This document shows positions 25,711-35,207 of a stretch of DNA of 64,000 bases, piece by piece. This stretch comes from Candidatus Aenigmatarchaeota archaeon (GTDB taxonomy: Archaea; Aenigmatarchaeota; Aenigmatarchaeia; CG10238-14; SCSR01): the NCBI GenBank assembly GCA_016198705.1, contig JACQIA010000002.1, positions 1,521 through 65,520 of the forward strand, written 5' to 3'. A program made the position numbers and the translations under genes. The notes beneath the pieces were generated by a model. It was not told the origin of the DNA and ran no database searches. It saw only the letters and a program-made list of their open reading frames with translations. Every line of letters begins with the position of its first letter. The stretch's first letter is position 1.

Positions 25711-28038
25711 ATGATGATAACAAAACAAGAGATTCTTAAAACGTTTCAAAAAGAGTCGGAGAAACATTGGAAGGTAAAAATTTTTGAAGATGAAGGATTT
25801 GTAAGAAAGAACTGTAATTCTTGTAAAAAGGGATTCTGGACTCTTGATTTGGGAAGAAAACATTGCCCTGATCCGGCATGCGGCGAGGAATATAATTTCA
25901 TTGAAAACCCGATAACAAAAAAATCCTGGGACTACATGGAAACATGGAAACTTTTTGAAAAGTTCTTTGTAAGAAACAATCATTCTTCAATTTCCAGATA
26001 TCCTGTAGTATCTAGATGGCGGAATGATTTATTTTTCAACATAGCTTCTATTGTCGACTTTCAGCGATTTGATAATGGAGTGATGAGTTTTGATTATCCC
26101 GCTAACCCTCTGATAGTTCCACAGATGTGCCTAAGGTTTTCAGATATTCAGAATGTGGGAATTACAGGTAGGCACCACACATGTTTCATGATGCCTGGGC
26201 AGCACGCTTTTAACCCACCAAAGGAGGGTTATTGGAAGGATGAATGTATACAGCTTAATTTTGATTTTTTGACTAAAGAGATGGGAATACCTAGGGAGGA
26301 TTTGATTTATGTGGAAGATTTATGGACAATGCCGGATTTTTCCGCATTAGGACCTTATATAGAGACATTTTCTCGTGGATTGGAGTTAGTTAATTCTGGT
26401 TTCATGCAATTTGGAATTTCAAATAATTCAATAAAAGAATTGCCAATGAAATCCATAGATGTAGGGTGGGGACTTGACCGTTTGGTTTGGTTTTCAAATG
26501 GTACACCAACTGGTTACGAAGCGGTTTTTGGCTCAGTTTTAGATAAAGTTAAAAAAATCTGCGAGATTGATTATGATAGAGAATTCTTTTTCAAATATGC
26601 AAAAATTGCCGGTTCACTGAACATTGAAGAGACTCCTGATCTTAAAATCGCACGCGAAAAGGTTGCACGACAATTGAACGTGGATGTCGATAAGTTGGAA
26701 AGGAACATAGCCCCTCTCGAAGCAGTCTATTCTATATGCGATCACTCGCGTGCATTAGCATTTGCTATTTCCGACGCTGCACTTCCGTCCAATGTAGGTG
26801 GAGGTTATAACTTACGAGTTATCTTAAGGCGCGCTTTAAGTTTTATCAAAAAATTCGATTGGTCTTTGAAATTAGAAGATGTAGCTATTTGGCATGCAGA
26901 CTACCTAAAAAAACTGTTTCCAGAACTGAAGAAACATGAAGATGACATAGTGAAAATTTTACAGGTCGAAGAAAAACGATACAACCAGATGCGCGAAAGG
27001 AGTAGAAAAATAATCGATGATCATGCTGGAAGAAAGATACCTGAAGAAGAGCTGATGAAACTGTATGAGTCCGAGGGAATTACACCCGAACAGCTGAGTA
27101 CAGAAACGCCACCAAACTTTTACCAAAAAATCACGGAAAAGCATATGGGACACAAAGCTGCTGAAGAGAAATTCCCATTTGATGTTGGCAATTTGCCAGC
27201 AACTAATATTTTGTATTATGAGAAACCTCCTGTATTTGAGTTTAAAGCAAAAGTGTTGAAAGCATTTGATGGTTTTGTTGTTCTTGATCAAACTGCATTT
27301 TATCCAACGCAGGGTGGACAAATGCATGACACAGGGTATATCGACGATGCAAGGGTAATGGATGTGATCAAAATTGGGAATGTTATAATTCACAAAATTG
27401 AAGGAAATGCGAAAGAAAAGCAAAATATTATTGGTAAAATTGATAAAACAAGGCGGGACAAGTTAAGAAGGCATCATGATTCTATCCACATTATCAATGG
27501 CGTTGTACATAAAATGATAGGCCCATGGTGCCATCAATACGGGACTGAAAAAGATGTGGATAAAGCCAGGATTGACATAACTCATTACGAAGCATTAACT
27601 GACGAGCAGGTGGAGGAAATAGAGAAGATGGCCAATGAAATTATTCAAAAGAACTTGCCAATAACAAAAACTTTGATGGATAGAAGTGAGGCTGAGAATA
27701 AATATGGGTTTGAAATATACACCGGCGGCTATGTCCCTTCCAAACAGATAAGGGTAGTTAGCATTGGAAATTTTGATACAGAGGCATGTGCAGGGACACA
27801 TAGTGACAGTACTGGGGATATAGGGCATATAGCTGTTGTAAAGACAAAAAGAATTGCTGATGGGTTGGTTAGGATTGAAATAAAAGCCGGTGACGTGGCT
27901 TTAGAATATTTGAAGGATAAGGAAAGAGTGCTGCAGGAGGTTGCAAAAAAATTGAACGTGAATGAAGAGGATGTGCCCAAAGCTGTTGAAAGACTTTTTG
28001 AAACATGGAAAAAGAAAAGGAAACAGCTTAAGAAGTGA
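25711..28038 (+). CDS. alaS: Alanyl-tRNA synthetase (archaeal type), C-terminally short
   Basis: N-terminus GFVRKNCNSCKKGFWT...RYPVVSRWRNDLFFNIASIVDFQ matches archaeal AlaRS. The editing-domain motif HxxxH...CAGTHSDSTGDIG is present. At 775 aa it has no C-Ala domain. Confidence 0.85.
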   Translation: MMITKQEILKTFQKESEKHWKVKIFEDEGFVRKNCNSCKKGFWTLDLGRKHCPDPACGEEYNFIENPITKKSWDYMETWKLFEKFFVRNNHSSISRYPVVSRWRNDLFFNIASIVDFQRFDNGVMSFDYPANPLIVPQMCLRFSDIQNVGITGRHHTCFMMPGQHAFNPPKEGYWKDECIQLNFDFLTKEMGIPREDLIYVEDLWTMPDFSALGPYIETFSRGLELVNSGFMQFGISNNSIKELPMKSIDVGWGLDRLVWFSNGTPTGYEAVFGSVLDKVKKICEIDYDREFFFKYAKIAGSLNIEETPDLKIAREKVARQLNVDVDKLERNIAPLEAVYSICDHSRALAFAISDAALPSNVGGGYNLRVILRRALSFIKKFDWSLKLEDVAIWHADYLKKLFPELKKHEDDIVKILQVEEKRYNQMRERSRKIIDDHAGRKIPEEELMKLYESEGITPEQLSTETPPNFYQKITEKHMGHKAAEEKFPFDVGNLPATNILYYEKPPVFEFKAKVLKAFDGFVVLDQTAFYPTQGGQMHDTGYIDDARVMDVIKIGNVIIHKIEGNAKEKQNIIGKIDKTRRDKLRRHHDSIHIINGVVHKMIGPWCHQYGTEKDVDKARIDITHYEALTDEQVEEIEKMANEIIQKNLPITKTLMDRSEAENKYGFEIYTGGYVPSKQIRVVSIGNFDTEACAGTHSDSTGDIGHIAVVKTKRIADGLVRIEIKAGDVALEYLKDKERVLQEVAKKLNVNEEDVPKAVERLFETWKKKRKQLKK

Positions 28039-28552
28039 TTACTTTTTTACCCTTTTTTGCCTTCCTGTCTTTTCCCAGCCTTTTAATCCTTACCTCTATC
28101 TCTGCCAATTGCTCTACCAAGTTAGTATAAAGCTTTCTTAAGTCATCTTCGGATATCTCTTTTTTATAGTACTGCTCTTTCAGAAACTGCATGATATCTT
28201 TAATCTCCATCTGCCTCTTCCTCAGAATAGATATTTCAAGCTGCCTTTCTGTCATGATGGCGGCAAAGCCTACAATTAATGCAATACTTCCAATCGTATT
28301 GAATATGTACCATAAAACCGGGCGAGGTATGATGTAGTTGTTGCTTACAAGTCCTATAATTTCTATGAAGAGGTTTAAAGAACTAAACAGAAAACCTATT
28401 GATAGTATAATCCATGGTAGTGTAATCTTCCTTTGGATATTCATATATTTGCCTATATACAGCAAAAATCCAGCCATTACCAAGTAAGAAAAGAAAATGA
28501 ACAGATCTACAAAAAGGGCTAGTGTAGAAGGTGGCGGTAATAGTAACGACAT
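28028..28552 (-). CDS. Membrane protein with C-terminal coiled coil (hypothetical)
   Basis: 174 aa: four TM helices followed by a charged helical tail. Confidence 0.35.
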   Translation of the reverse strand: MSLLLPPPSTLALFVDLFIFFSYLVMAGFLLYIGKYMNIQRKITLPWIILSIGFLFSSLNLFIEIIGLVSNNYIIPRPVLWYIFNTIGSIALIVGFAAIMTERQLEISILRKRQMEIKDIMQFLKEQYYKKEISEDDLRKLYTNLVEQLAEIEVRIKRLGKDRKAKKGKKVITS

Positions 28553-28596
28553 AAAATTAATTGGTTTTTTAACCTTATTTTATTATATCTTTATGT

Positions 28597-28752
28597 ATGG
28601 CGTCAACTGGGGAGTTCTTAAATTTAAAGAAGAAGGAAAAATTGCTTAAAAAGGCCGCTGAGATATTAAGCGTAAATGATGTTGATTTGCCGAGGGTTGT
28701 GGAGAGATTCCTTAAAGATATAGAAGAGATGAATAAAAAGCTTAATCTTTAA
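28597..28752 (+). CDS. Micro-ORF (51 aa) homologous to the last ~45 residues of the upstream AlaRS
   Basis: Own translation MASTGEFLNLKKKEKLLKKAAEILSVNDVDLPRVVERFLKDIEEMNKKLNL aligns with the AlaRS C-terminus ALEYLKDKERVLQEVAKKLNVNEEDVPKAVERLFETWKKKRKQL, about one-third identical. Confidence 0.3.
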   Translation: MASTGEFLNLKKKEKLLKKAAEILSVNDVDLPRVVERFLKDIEEMNKKLNL

Positions 28753-28780
28753 CTAAGACAAAATTTACTTATGGGATTTT

Positions 28781-29458
28781 ATGCAAAATACTGGTTTAGA
28801 CTTGCCTCTTATAGAAGATAGAACATTGAAATTGGCGCGAGAAGCTGCACAGCATGAGGTAAAAGGCTTTGTCCTACATGATGAAAAAGACTATATTAAA
28901 GGTGCTATCCACTTTGGATTGGCCTATAAGATAATCAACAGCCACCGTATAAATCCTGTAAGTGACGAAGATGCACTGCTAGCTGGTGTACATAAAATGG
29001 GTGTATTGCGGGCATATGATATCATCGTAGACGACCCAGAAATTACATTAAGTTACATAGATCCAACTATACAAACCAATCCTGGGTTTAAGAGTATGCT
29101 ATATCATGCACTAGAAGAATGTCGCCTATTCGGATTACCTGAAAATTATGGTAGAAATAAAGTAGAATGGTACATGCAACATGCAGAATGGGTAAAATTA
29201 CTGCCAAATAAGTTCTCACAAAATCTCGTTTTTTTAGATAAGTTGAAAGAGGCCGAAAAGACATTTGTCCATACTATAAGCGGTGAGAGTCAATTATTTG
29301 AGCGTGCATGGCCTCTTTATCTTGTGTGCGTACTTTTGCATGATATACCTAGAATAAATGGGTTGCTTAAGCACGATGAAGCAAACATATCAGACATGAT
29401 AGAAGCTTATACCACTTACTTAAGTATTTTATTTCGTCACAAATTAAATAATAAGTAG
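28781..29458 (+). CDS. Hypothetical protein, 225 aa
   Basis: Complete ORF; no confident motif. The HD pair in LLHDIPR is not in canonical HD-domain order. Confidence 0.35.
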   Translation: MQNTGLDLPLIEDRTLKLAREAAQHEVKGFVLHDEKDYIKGAIHFGLAYKIINSHRINPVSDEDALLAGVHKMGVLRAYDIIVDDPEITLSYIDPTIQTNPGFKSMLYHALEECRLFGLPENYGRNKVEWYMQHAEWVKLLPNKFSQNLVFLDKLKEAEKTFVHTISGESQLFERAWPLYLVCVLLHDIPRINGLLKHDEANISDMIEAYTTYLSILFRHKLNNK

Positions 29459-29465
29459 ATTTGCA

Positions 29466-30032
29466 ATGTTACCATTTGTCGCTAAATTGCTAATGGGCGG
29501 ACAGCTTAGCTTTGAAAAAGGCAACTTATCTATCTTTGGGGAAAGAGTTTTAATTATACCTCTCGAACTGATACTTATTTTGGTTAGAGAATCATTAAAA
29601 GATAAAAAGCTGGCTAAATATGTTTATGAAAGTTCAAAACAATCTGTAATCGGGTTTTGTACAGATATACAAAAAAGATTGAAAGTCACCCAAAAGGAGA
29701 CATTGGATATTTTAATTAATCTAACAGAAATGAACGGCTACGGTGAAATCACCCCTATAAAGGTTGACTACAAAAATAAGGTTGCCATTTATCATTTGAA
29801 AGGTCTCCCTTCGAAGGCATTTTTCGGTAAAATGAAAGTAAAGAAAAATACAACAGTAGACGTCTACTGGTGCGGATTAGTGGCTGGTGGCATGTCATTT
29901 GTCTTTTCAGAAGATATAGATTGCATAGAAACTAGATGTATCATAACTGGTAAAGATTCTTGTGAAATTGTAGCTGCAAGAAAAGAATTTTTGAAAAAAA
30001 TTTATCCGAAAGCTAAAAAATATTTTGCTTAA
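29466..30032 (+). CDS. V4R (4-vinyl reductase) domain protein
   Basis: C-terminal Cys pattern WCGLVAGGMSFVFSEDIDCIETRCIITGKDSCEIV typical of V4R; 188 aa. Confidence 0.5.
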   Translation: MLPFVAKLLMGGQLSFEKGNLSIFGERVLIIPLELILILVRESLKDKKLAKYVYESSKQSVIGFCTDIQKRLKVTQKETLDILINLTEMNGYGEITPIKVDYKNKVAIYHLKGLPSKAFFGKMKVKKNTTVDVYWCGLVAGGMSFVFSEDIDCIETRCIITGKDSCEIVAARKEFLKKIYPKAKKYFA

Positions 30033-30034
30033 TT

Positions 30035-30733
30035 TCATTTCTTAATTGCCAATCCATTCTTCCCAATTTCTATAGGATAAATATCAGTCCCATGAGACGT
30101 CCTTCTCATCTTCCTTATAATTAGACTTCTTGGAGTTCCACCCGCTGCATACTCCAAATAATGCAAAACTATAACACTATCAGCGATAAATTCCTCAAAA
30201 CCAAATCTGCTTAAAGCCTTAACCTCAGCCTCCGGTATTTCTGTAATCAACAAAGATGTTATTCCTATGTTCTTCAATGCCTTCATATAACTCATGACTT
30301 CGCTTCTCACCTTTCCCATATCCAATGAAGAAACTTTCCATCCCATCGTAGCAATCGACAAACTATCCAGAACAAACCTTTTGGCATTTATTTTTTTAGC
30401 ATAATTAATCGTAGAAAATTGCAAAGTTTTTATATCCGTAGGCTCCTCTGCAATCAAAACAAACTTTCCTTGCTCTTTAGCTTTCTTAAATTCGACATCC
30501 CAGCCAAATTTTGCAACATCAGTCATGATATCCTCTTCGCTCTGCTCAAGCGTTATGTATATCCCACTCTCCCCCTTTCTTAATCCATGAAGTAAATATT
30601 GCATGCCAAATACAGTCTTTCCGGTACCAGTTTGTCCAGCCAATAAGTTCACAGAATTTTTGACAAGCCCTCCTTCAATTAACTTATCCAATCCTGGCAC
30701 ACCAGTTTCTAGGCGTTCAACGGCAGATGCCAT
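30035..30733 (-). CDS. KaiC-like RecA-superfamily ATPase (COG0467 type)
   Basis: GVPGLDKLIEGGLVKNSVNLLAGQTGTGKTVFGMQYL Walker A, 232 aa, single-domain KaiC/RadB-like architecture. Confidence 0.7.
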   Translation of the reverse strand: MASAVERLETGVPGLDKLIEGGLVKNSVNLLAGQTGTGKTVFGMQYLLHGLRKGESGIYITLEQSEEDIMTDVAKFGWDVEFKKAKEQGKFVLIAEEPTDIKTLQFSTINYAKKINAKRFVLDSLSIATMGWKVSSLDMGKVRSEVMSYMKALKNIGITSLLITEIPEAEVKALSRFGFEEFIADSVIVLHYLEYAAGGTPRSLIIRKMRRTSHGTDIYPIEIGKNGLAIKK

Positions 30734-30801
30734 AATGAATCTTAATTTCCCGCCAATATAATCCTTTGCATTATATAATATCTGGTGTGTAAATTTAATT
30801 T

Positions 30802-31194
30802 ATGAAAGGCCAAGCTGCTACTGAATTGCTAACACTCATCGGAATAAGCCTTCTAATAATTATCCCTCTTTTTTACTTTACTTTGCTCCATTCGTCGCAA
30901 TCCACTTCACAACTTCTCGCTACCGATGCAGTGAACACTATAGCCAATAATGCAGATTATTTGTATTCTCTAGGCAATCAATCAGCTACAACTGTAAATG
31001 TAAGGCTACCCGAAAATCTTGTTTCTGCTTCAGTCAAGGGCAAGGCTATAATTTTAAAACTAAGCACAAGTGCCGGAGTTACGGATGTTTTTGCAGTCAC
31101 AAAAGCCAATTTAACAGGGTCTTTGCCTGCTGCAAGCGGTAGCTATCTGATTAAATTGCAAAACATAAACAGCATGATAAACATATCCCGGTGA
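30802..31194 (+). CDS. Minor pilin-like protein 1 (class III signal peptide, KG|QAATE...)
   Basis: MKGQAATELLTLIGISLLIIIPLF: Lys-Gly, then Q at +1, E at +5 and a hydrophobic stretch, the archaeal EppA/Tad-type prepilin signature. Confidence 0.6.
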   Translation: MKGQAATELLTLIGISLLIIIPLFYFTLLHSSQSTSQLLATDAVNTIANNADYLYSLGNQSATTVNVRLPENLVSASVKGKAIILKLSTSAGVTDVFAVTKANLTGSLPAASGSYLIKLQNINSMINISR

Positions 31195-31198
31195 ATGG

Positions 31199-31612
31199 AT
31201 GAAGGGACAGAGTTCTTTTGAAATGATTATGATGACAGCAATAGTATTGGGAGTTTTCCTGTTTGCTTTGGTTTGGTATTTTACCAACAATGCAGATATT
31301 AGCAAATCATCTAAAATCTTGAAAGCAAGAGGCTTGTGCTCAGAAATAACGGATATCATAAATAGCGTGTCATCCGCAGGCAATAATGCCAAAGCAAGTT
31401 TTACTCTGCCCTCAAGTTTAGAGTCTTCGAAATACAACTTGACAATCTTTGCACAAACAAAAGTGGTATACACTTCAGTAAACAATGTAAGCATCTACTG
31501 TTCGATATTAACGCCAAATGTAACTAACGGCACACATTCTAATTTTAGCTTGAAAGCAGGCGATTATAACGCCAAAAATATCTTTGGGGTGGTGAACATT
31601 AATGCGAAATAG
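31199..31612 (+). CDS. Minor pilin-like protein 2 (KG|QSSFE...)
   Basis: MKGQSSFEMIMMTAIVLGVFLFALV. Confidence 0.6.
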   Translation: MKGQSSFEMIMMTAIVLGVFLFALVWYFTNNADISKSSKILKARGLCSEITDIINSVSSAGNNAKASFTLPSSLESSKYNLTIFAQTKVVYTSVNNVSIYCSILTPNVTNGTHSNFSLKAGDYNAKNIFGVVNINAK

Positions 31613-32108
31613 CGGACAGGTAATAACCATCGATTTTTTCGTTGCTGTAACAGCAATTACAATACTTATTGCTTTTGTTGTCCTAAGCTGGAACCAAGCT
31701 GTGGAAGAATTTAGGTCAAGAGAGATGCGCACAGAGATGACAGTATCAACAATAAATCTGGCTGATAGTTTGGTTAAATCTCAAGGAGATCCTAGTAGTT
31801 GGGAAAATATAAGTGAAATAAATAATATTAATTCTCTAGGCTTAGTTGTAGAAGACCATATACTTGATTCTAGCAAGCTCATAGCTTTTGTAGGCTTGGG
31901 GGAAAGCAATTTGAAGAAAATTTTAGGTATACAAAATTATAATTTTTACTTTAAAGTTTCTGATGGTAAAAAGACTGTCAATTTGGCTGATATAAAACTA
32001 GAAAATGGTTCTTATCCCAATTCATCCGCTTCAGCTGTAATAAATTCCCAAAGGATTGCACTTTTGAAAAATACACCAGTTTATTTGGATTTCGTACTTT
32101 GGCGATAA
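31602..32108 (+). CDS. Minor pilin-like protein 3
   Basis: MRNSGQVITIDFFVAVTAITILIAFVVL; overlaps the neighbouring pilin gene. Confidence 0.5.
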   Translation: MRNSGQVITIDFFVAVTAITILIAFVVLSWNQAVEEFRSREMRTEMTVSTINLADSLVKSQGDPSSWENISEINNINSLGLVVEDHILDSSKLIAFVGLGESNLKKILGIQNYNFYFKVSDGKKTVNLADIKLENGSYPNSSASAVINSQRIALLKNTPVYLDFVLWR

Positions 32109-32542
32109 TTATGAAGGGGATTATATTTACCACCGATGCATTGCTAGCAACATTGGCATTTTTCATAATTTTAACTGCATCTTTTTACATCAAATCGCAA
32201 ACACAGGCTGACAATTTTGGAAATTTGCACCTTTCGAAGGCTGTAAATGACATATTGACTGTTTTAAATAAAAACAGGACATTGGAGACTGTTGACAAGA
32301 CTGTGATATCTGATATTTTAATCCAAGTTCTGCCTCCAAGCATGAACGCCTCTCTACGAGTACAATATTTCAAATGTTCGAATCAGCAATGCGACAGTTT
32401 TTCTTTAGACAAAGAATTCCTGATTAATAATTGCATAGGAAAATCATTTGAACCATCACTAGCAAAAACATCTTTCCTAACATTCGAAAGCAATCGTGTC
32501 AGTTATTTTGGATTAGCTGAATTAGGGGTTTGTTTATTATGA
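32099..32542 (+). CDS. Minor pilin-like protein 4
   Basis: MAIIMKGIIFTTDALLATLAFFIILTASF. Confidence 0.5.
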   Translation: MAIIMKGIIFTTDALLATLAFFIILTASFYIKSQTQADNFGNLHLSKAVNDILTVLNKNRTLETVDKTVISDILIQVLPPSMNASLRVQYFKCSNQQCDSFSLDKEFLINNCIGKSFEPSLAKTSFLTFESNRVSYFGLAELGVCLL

Positions 32543-33474
32543 AAGGATTGGTATTTACGATCACACTTATGTTTTTCGCAATTACATTGTTAACTTTTAC
32601 TTTTCTATATAAACAAAGTCTATCAGAATTTAACGGGCAAATCATCAAAAATTCTTTGATCGATAGAGTTTACTACAAATATCAATCCATACAAAATGAC
32701 CTTAGGCGTTTGCTTGGAGGAACAGTGAACGTCGGTGGAGTTAACGTTACGGTAGAGGAAAATAATAATTTAACTGTTGTAAATTTCACCGAAGTATTGC
32801 CCAGAAGGCCTGGCACTTCTGATTTTTCCAAAGATTTAGACAATTACGAAAAATTCGCAGAAGCAAAACTAAATGAGACAAATTTACTTATAGATTTGAA
32901 TGTTATAGATCTAAAATGTCTTCCTTTTATCATAGAACCTTATAACATTAGAATTATCCATATACCTGATACAGATTGTACACACGCATCTGCCCAAACC
33001 GAAGTTATAATAAACGCCTCTTCCAGTTGGCAGTACTTGAAAAACTACACCTTTATCTTTAGGCCAGATGGAAATATTGCGGGGGCAGATATAACAGGCT
33101 GGAGTGGTGGCGGTTGCAACAAACCTGGCTTGGGACTTAATATAATTTTCATCGGCAAGGACACAATCCGTGGACCATTCTCCACCACCACCAGCTATGA
33201 TAAAATTTGTAAATTTAACATGGACGAGATTGCGTGTCCTGGTGCCAGTAATAAAGGATACGTACATGTAGTCCACAACCAAAACTCTCAAGATGCTGAC
33301 AAAGGTATTATTGATATACAGGTCCATCCTAATTGTAATATAACATCAACAGTTTCGTTAAACCTAACAGACATTCCAGGTACGACTAGCGTAAGCCTGC
33401 CCACACAAATAATCAAAATTAAAGAGACCCTATACGAAATCGAAAAGAATGATACAATCTATATAAATAAATAG
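32530..33474 (+). CDS. Large pilin-like / pilus-associated protein 5 (314 aa)
   Basis: MFIMKGLVFTITLMFFAITLLTF N-terminus followed by a Cys-containing extracellular domain. Confidence 0.5.
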   Translation: MFIMKGLVFTITLMFFAITLLTFTFLYKQSLSEFNGQIIKNSLIDRVYYKYQSIQNDLRRLLGGTVNVGGVNVTVEENNNLTVVNFTEVLPRRPGTSDFSKDLDNYEKFAEAKLNETNLLIDLNVIDLKCLPFIIEPYNIRIIHIPDTDCTHASAQTEVIINASSSWQYLKNYTFIFRPDGNIAGADITGWSGGGCNKPGLGLNIIFIGKDTIRGPFSTTTSYDKICKFNMDEIACPGASNKGYVHVVHNQNSQDADKGIIDIQVHPNCNITSTVSLNLTDIPGTTSVSLPTQIIKIKETLYEIEKNDTIYINK

Positions 33475-33483
33475 GTAATTATC

Positions 33484-34200
33484 TTGAAAAAGAAGTTAAA
33501 AGCCAAAAAATCCCGCACGATTAAAGTAAAGGGAAAATCGCCAAAAACTAGGCATAGAAAAGTGAAATACAGGCGAAAGCAGCTAAAAATCATTAACATA
33601 ATGACTAAAAAAATTATAGTAGGAAACGACACGTCCAATCTTGCTGAGGTTGCACAAATTTTTATCGACAAGCACATATCTCATTTGCCAATAATGAAAG
33701 AAAATAAATTGGCAGGAATCATTAGTGTAGCAGATGTGCTTAAAGCCGCAAATGTTGCTGATTTATCAGAATTAGATGAGAATAAAATCAAACAATTGTC
33801 TGCAGTGAATACTTCAGATGTGATGAAAAAGCCCATCTGTGTTTACATCAACGCGCCGTTAATTAGAGCAAGGAAACTGATGAAAAAATACAATATAGGC
33901 AGCATACCAGTTCTAGATAAGGAGAAAAATTTGGTAGGGATAATCACAAAAACAGATTTGGTGCGAACCCTTTCCAAAATATTTATCGGTCGGCATATCC
34001 AAACCACTGTTGACGAACTGCTTAAAACTTTGGAAACTTTTGGTTCTATGCCTATAGACAAACTTGCTAGCATGCTTGGTGTAAAACCTGATTTGATAGA
34101 AGGATGGGGGAAAATTTTGGAAGAGCATAATATGGTAACAGTTGTTTACCCGACTTTTGGGAAACCTTACTTAAAAATAAATAAGAAGGAGCCGTCCTGA
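33484..34200 (+). CDS. CBS-pair protein with C-terminal winged-helix-like module shared with the next gene
   Basis: Two CBS motifs (HLPIMKENKLAGIISVADV; GSIPVLDKEKNLVGIITKTDL). The C-terminus LASMLGVKPDLIEGWGKILEEHNMV parallels the MinD-like gene's C-terminus. The true start may be the Met at about 33601. Confidence 0.55.
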   Translation: MKKKLKAKKSRTIKVKGKSPKTRHRKVKYRRKQLKIINIMTKKIIVGNDTSNLAEVAQIFIDKHISHLPIMKENKLAGIISVADVLKAANVADLSELDENKIKQLSAVNTSDVMKKPICVYINAPLIRARKLMKKYNIGSIPVLDKEKNLVGIITKTDLVRTLSKIFIGRHIQTTVDELLKTLETFGSMPIDKLASMLGVKPDLIEGWGKILEEHNMVTVVYPTFGKPYLKINKKEPS

Positions 34201-35207
34201 TGGCTAGATTTATCGGTGTGGTTTCAGGCAAGGGTGGTGTGGGCAAGACGACTGTCGTCTCCAATTTATCTTATGCCTTAAACGAGCTAGGACAAAGAGT
34301 CATAGCCGTTGACTGCAATGTCACCACGCCCCATCTTTCCAATTATATGCCAAACTTCAGCTGGCGTACCACTCTGAATGATGTGATGAAAAAGAAAGCC
34401 GATATCTTTTCAGCTCTGCATTACGCCAATGGCGTTTATGTCGTTCCAGCTTCTTTGAATTTAGCCGACTTGGTCGATGTTGATATAACCACTCTGCGAG
34501 AAACAGTGCAACCATTAGCAAATATAAACAGTTTAGTGCTCTTAGACTCGGCACCAGGCTTGGGTAAAGAGGCGCTATCAGTTTTGCATAGTTGCGAAGA
34601 AATTCTATTCGTTACAATACCACAAAAATCAGCGGTAAATGATATTTTACGTTGTGCGGAAGTTGCAGAAGAGATTGGTCTGAAGCGTCTGGGATTAGTT
34701 CTAAATATGTACAGAAAGAAAAAATACAATCTAGCACAGGAGGAGATTGAGGAAATTACAGGATTGAAGGTAATAGGAAATATATCCTTCGATGAAAAAG
34801 TCATCCAAGCTATTTCATCGAGATCACCGCTTGTAAAATCTTGGCCTGAGTCTAAGGTAAGTCAAGAATTCATGAAATTAGCAGCCAACCTAATAAACAT
34901 ACCATACAAAAGACAAGGGAAAATAAGTCGGATGATAAATAGATTGTTTCGACGAAATCAAGAATTAACAAGCCGCAATTACCCCATCCTGCATACTACA
35001 AACAAAGATTTAACAACAGCTGGCGATAAAATTCTTGATTTGCTTGCAGCCAATAAGAAAATGAAAATAAGTGAAGTCGCAGAAAAAGTTAACTTAAGTG
35101 AAGAAGAAATTTATAAATGGGGGAAAATTTTGGAGGAACAAAGGCTACTAAGTATGCAGCCATCAATTTTCGGAATTAAAAAATCTAAGTTGGTTTGGAA
35201 TGATTGA
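34200..35207 (+). CDS. MinD/ParA-family ATPase (CpaE/TadZ-like position in a pilus locus) with C-terminal wHTH-like module
   Basis: Deviant Walker A GKGGVGKTT; C-terminus ISEVAEKVNLSEEEIYKWGKILEEQRLL. Confidence 0.7.
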   Translation: MARFIGVVSGKGGVGKTTVVSNLSYALNELGQRVIAVDCNVTTPHLSNYMPNFSWRTTLNDVMKKKADIFSALHYANGVYVVPASLNLADLVDVDITTLRETVQPLANINSLVLLDSAPGLGKEALSVLHSCEEILFVTIPQKSAVNDILRCAEVAEEIGLKRLGLVLNMYRKKKYNLAQEEIEEITGLKVIGNISFDEKVIQAISSRSPLVKSWPESKVSQEFMKLAANLINIPYKRQGKISRMINRLFRRNQELTSRNYPILHTTNKDLTTAGDKILDLLAANKKMKISEVAEKVNLSEEEIYKWGKILEEQRLLSMQPSIFGIKKSKLVWND

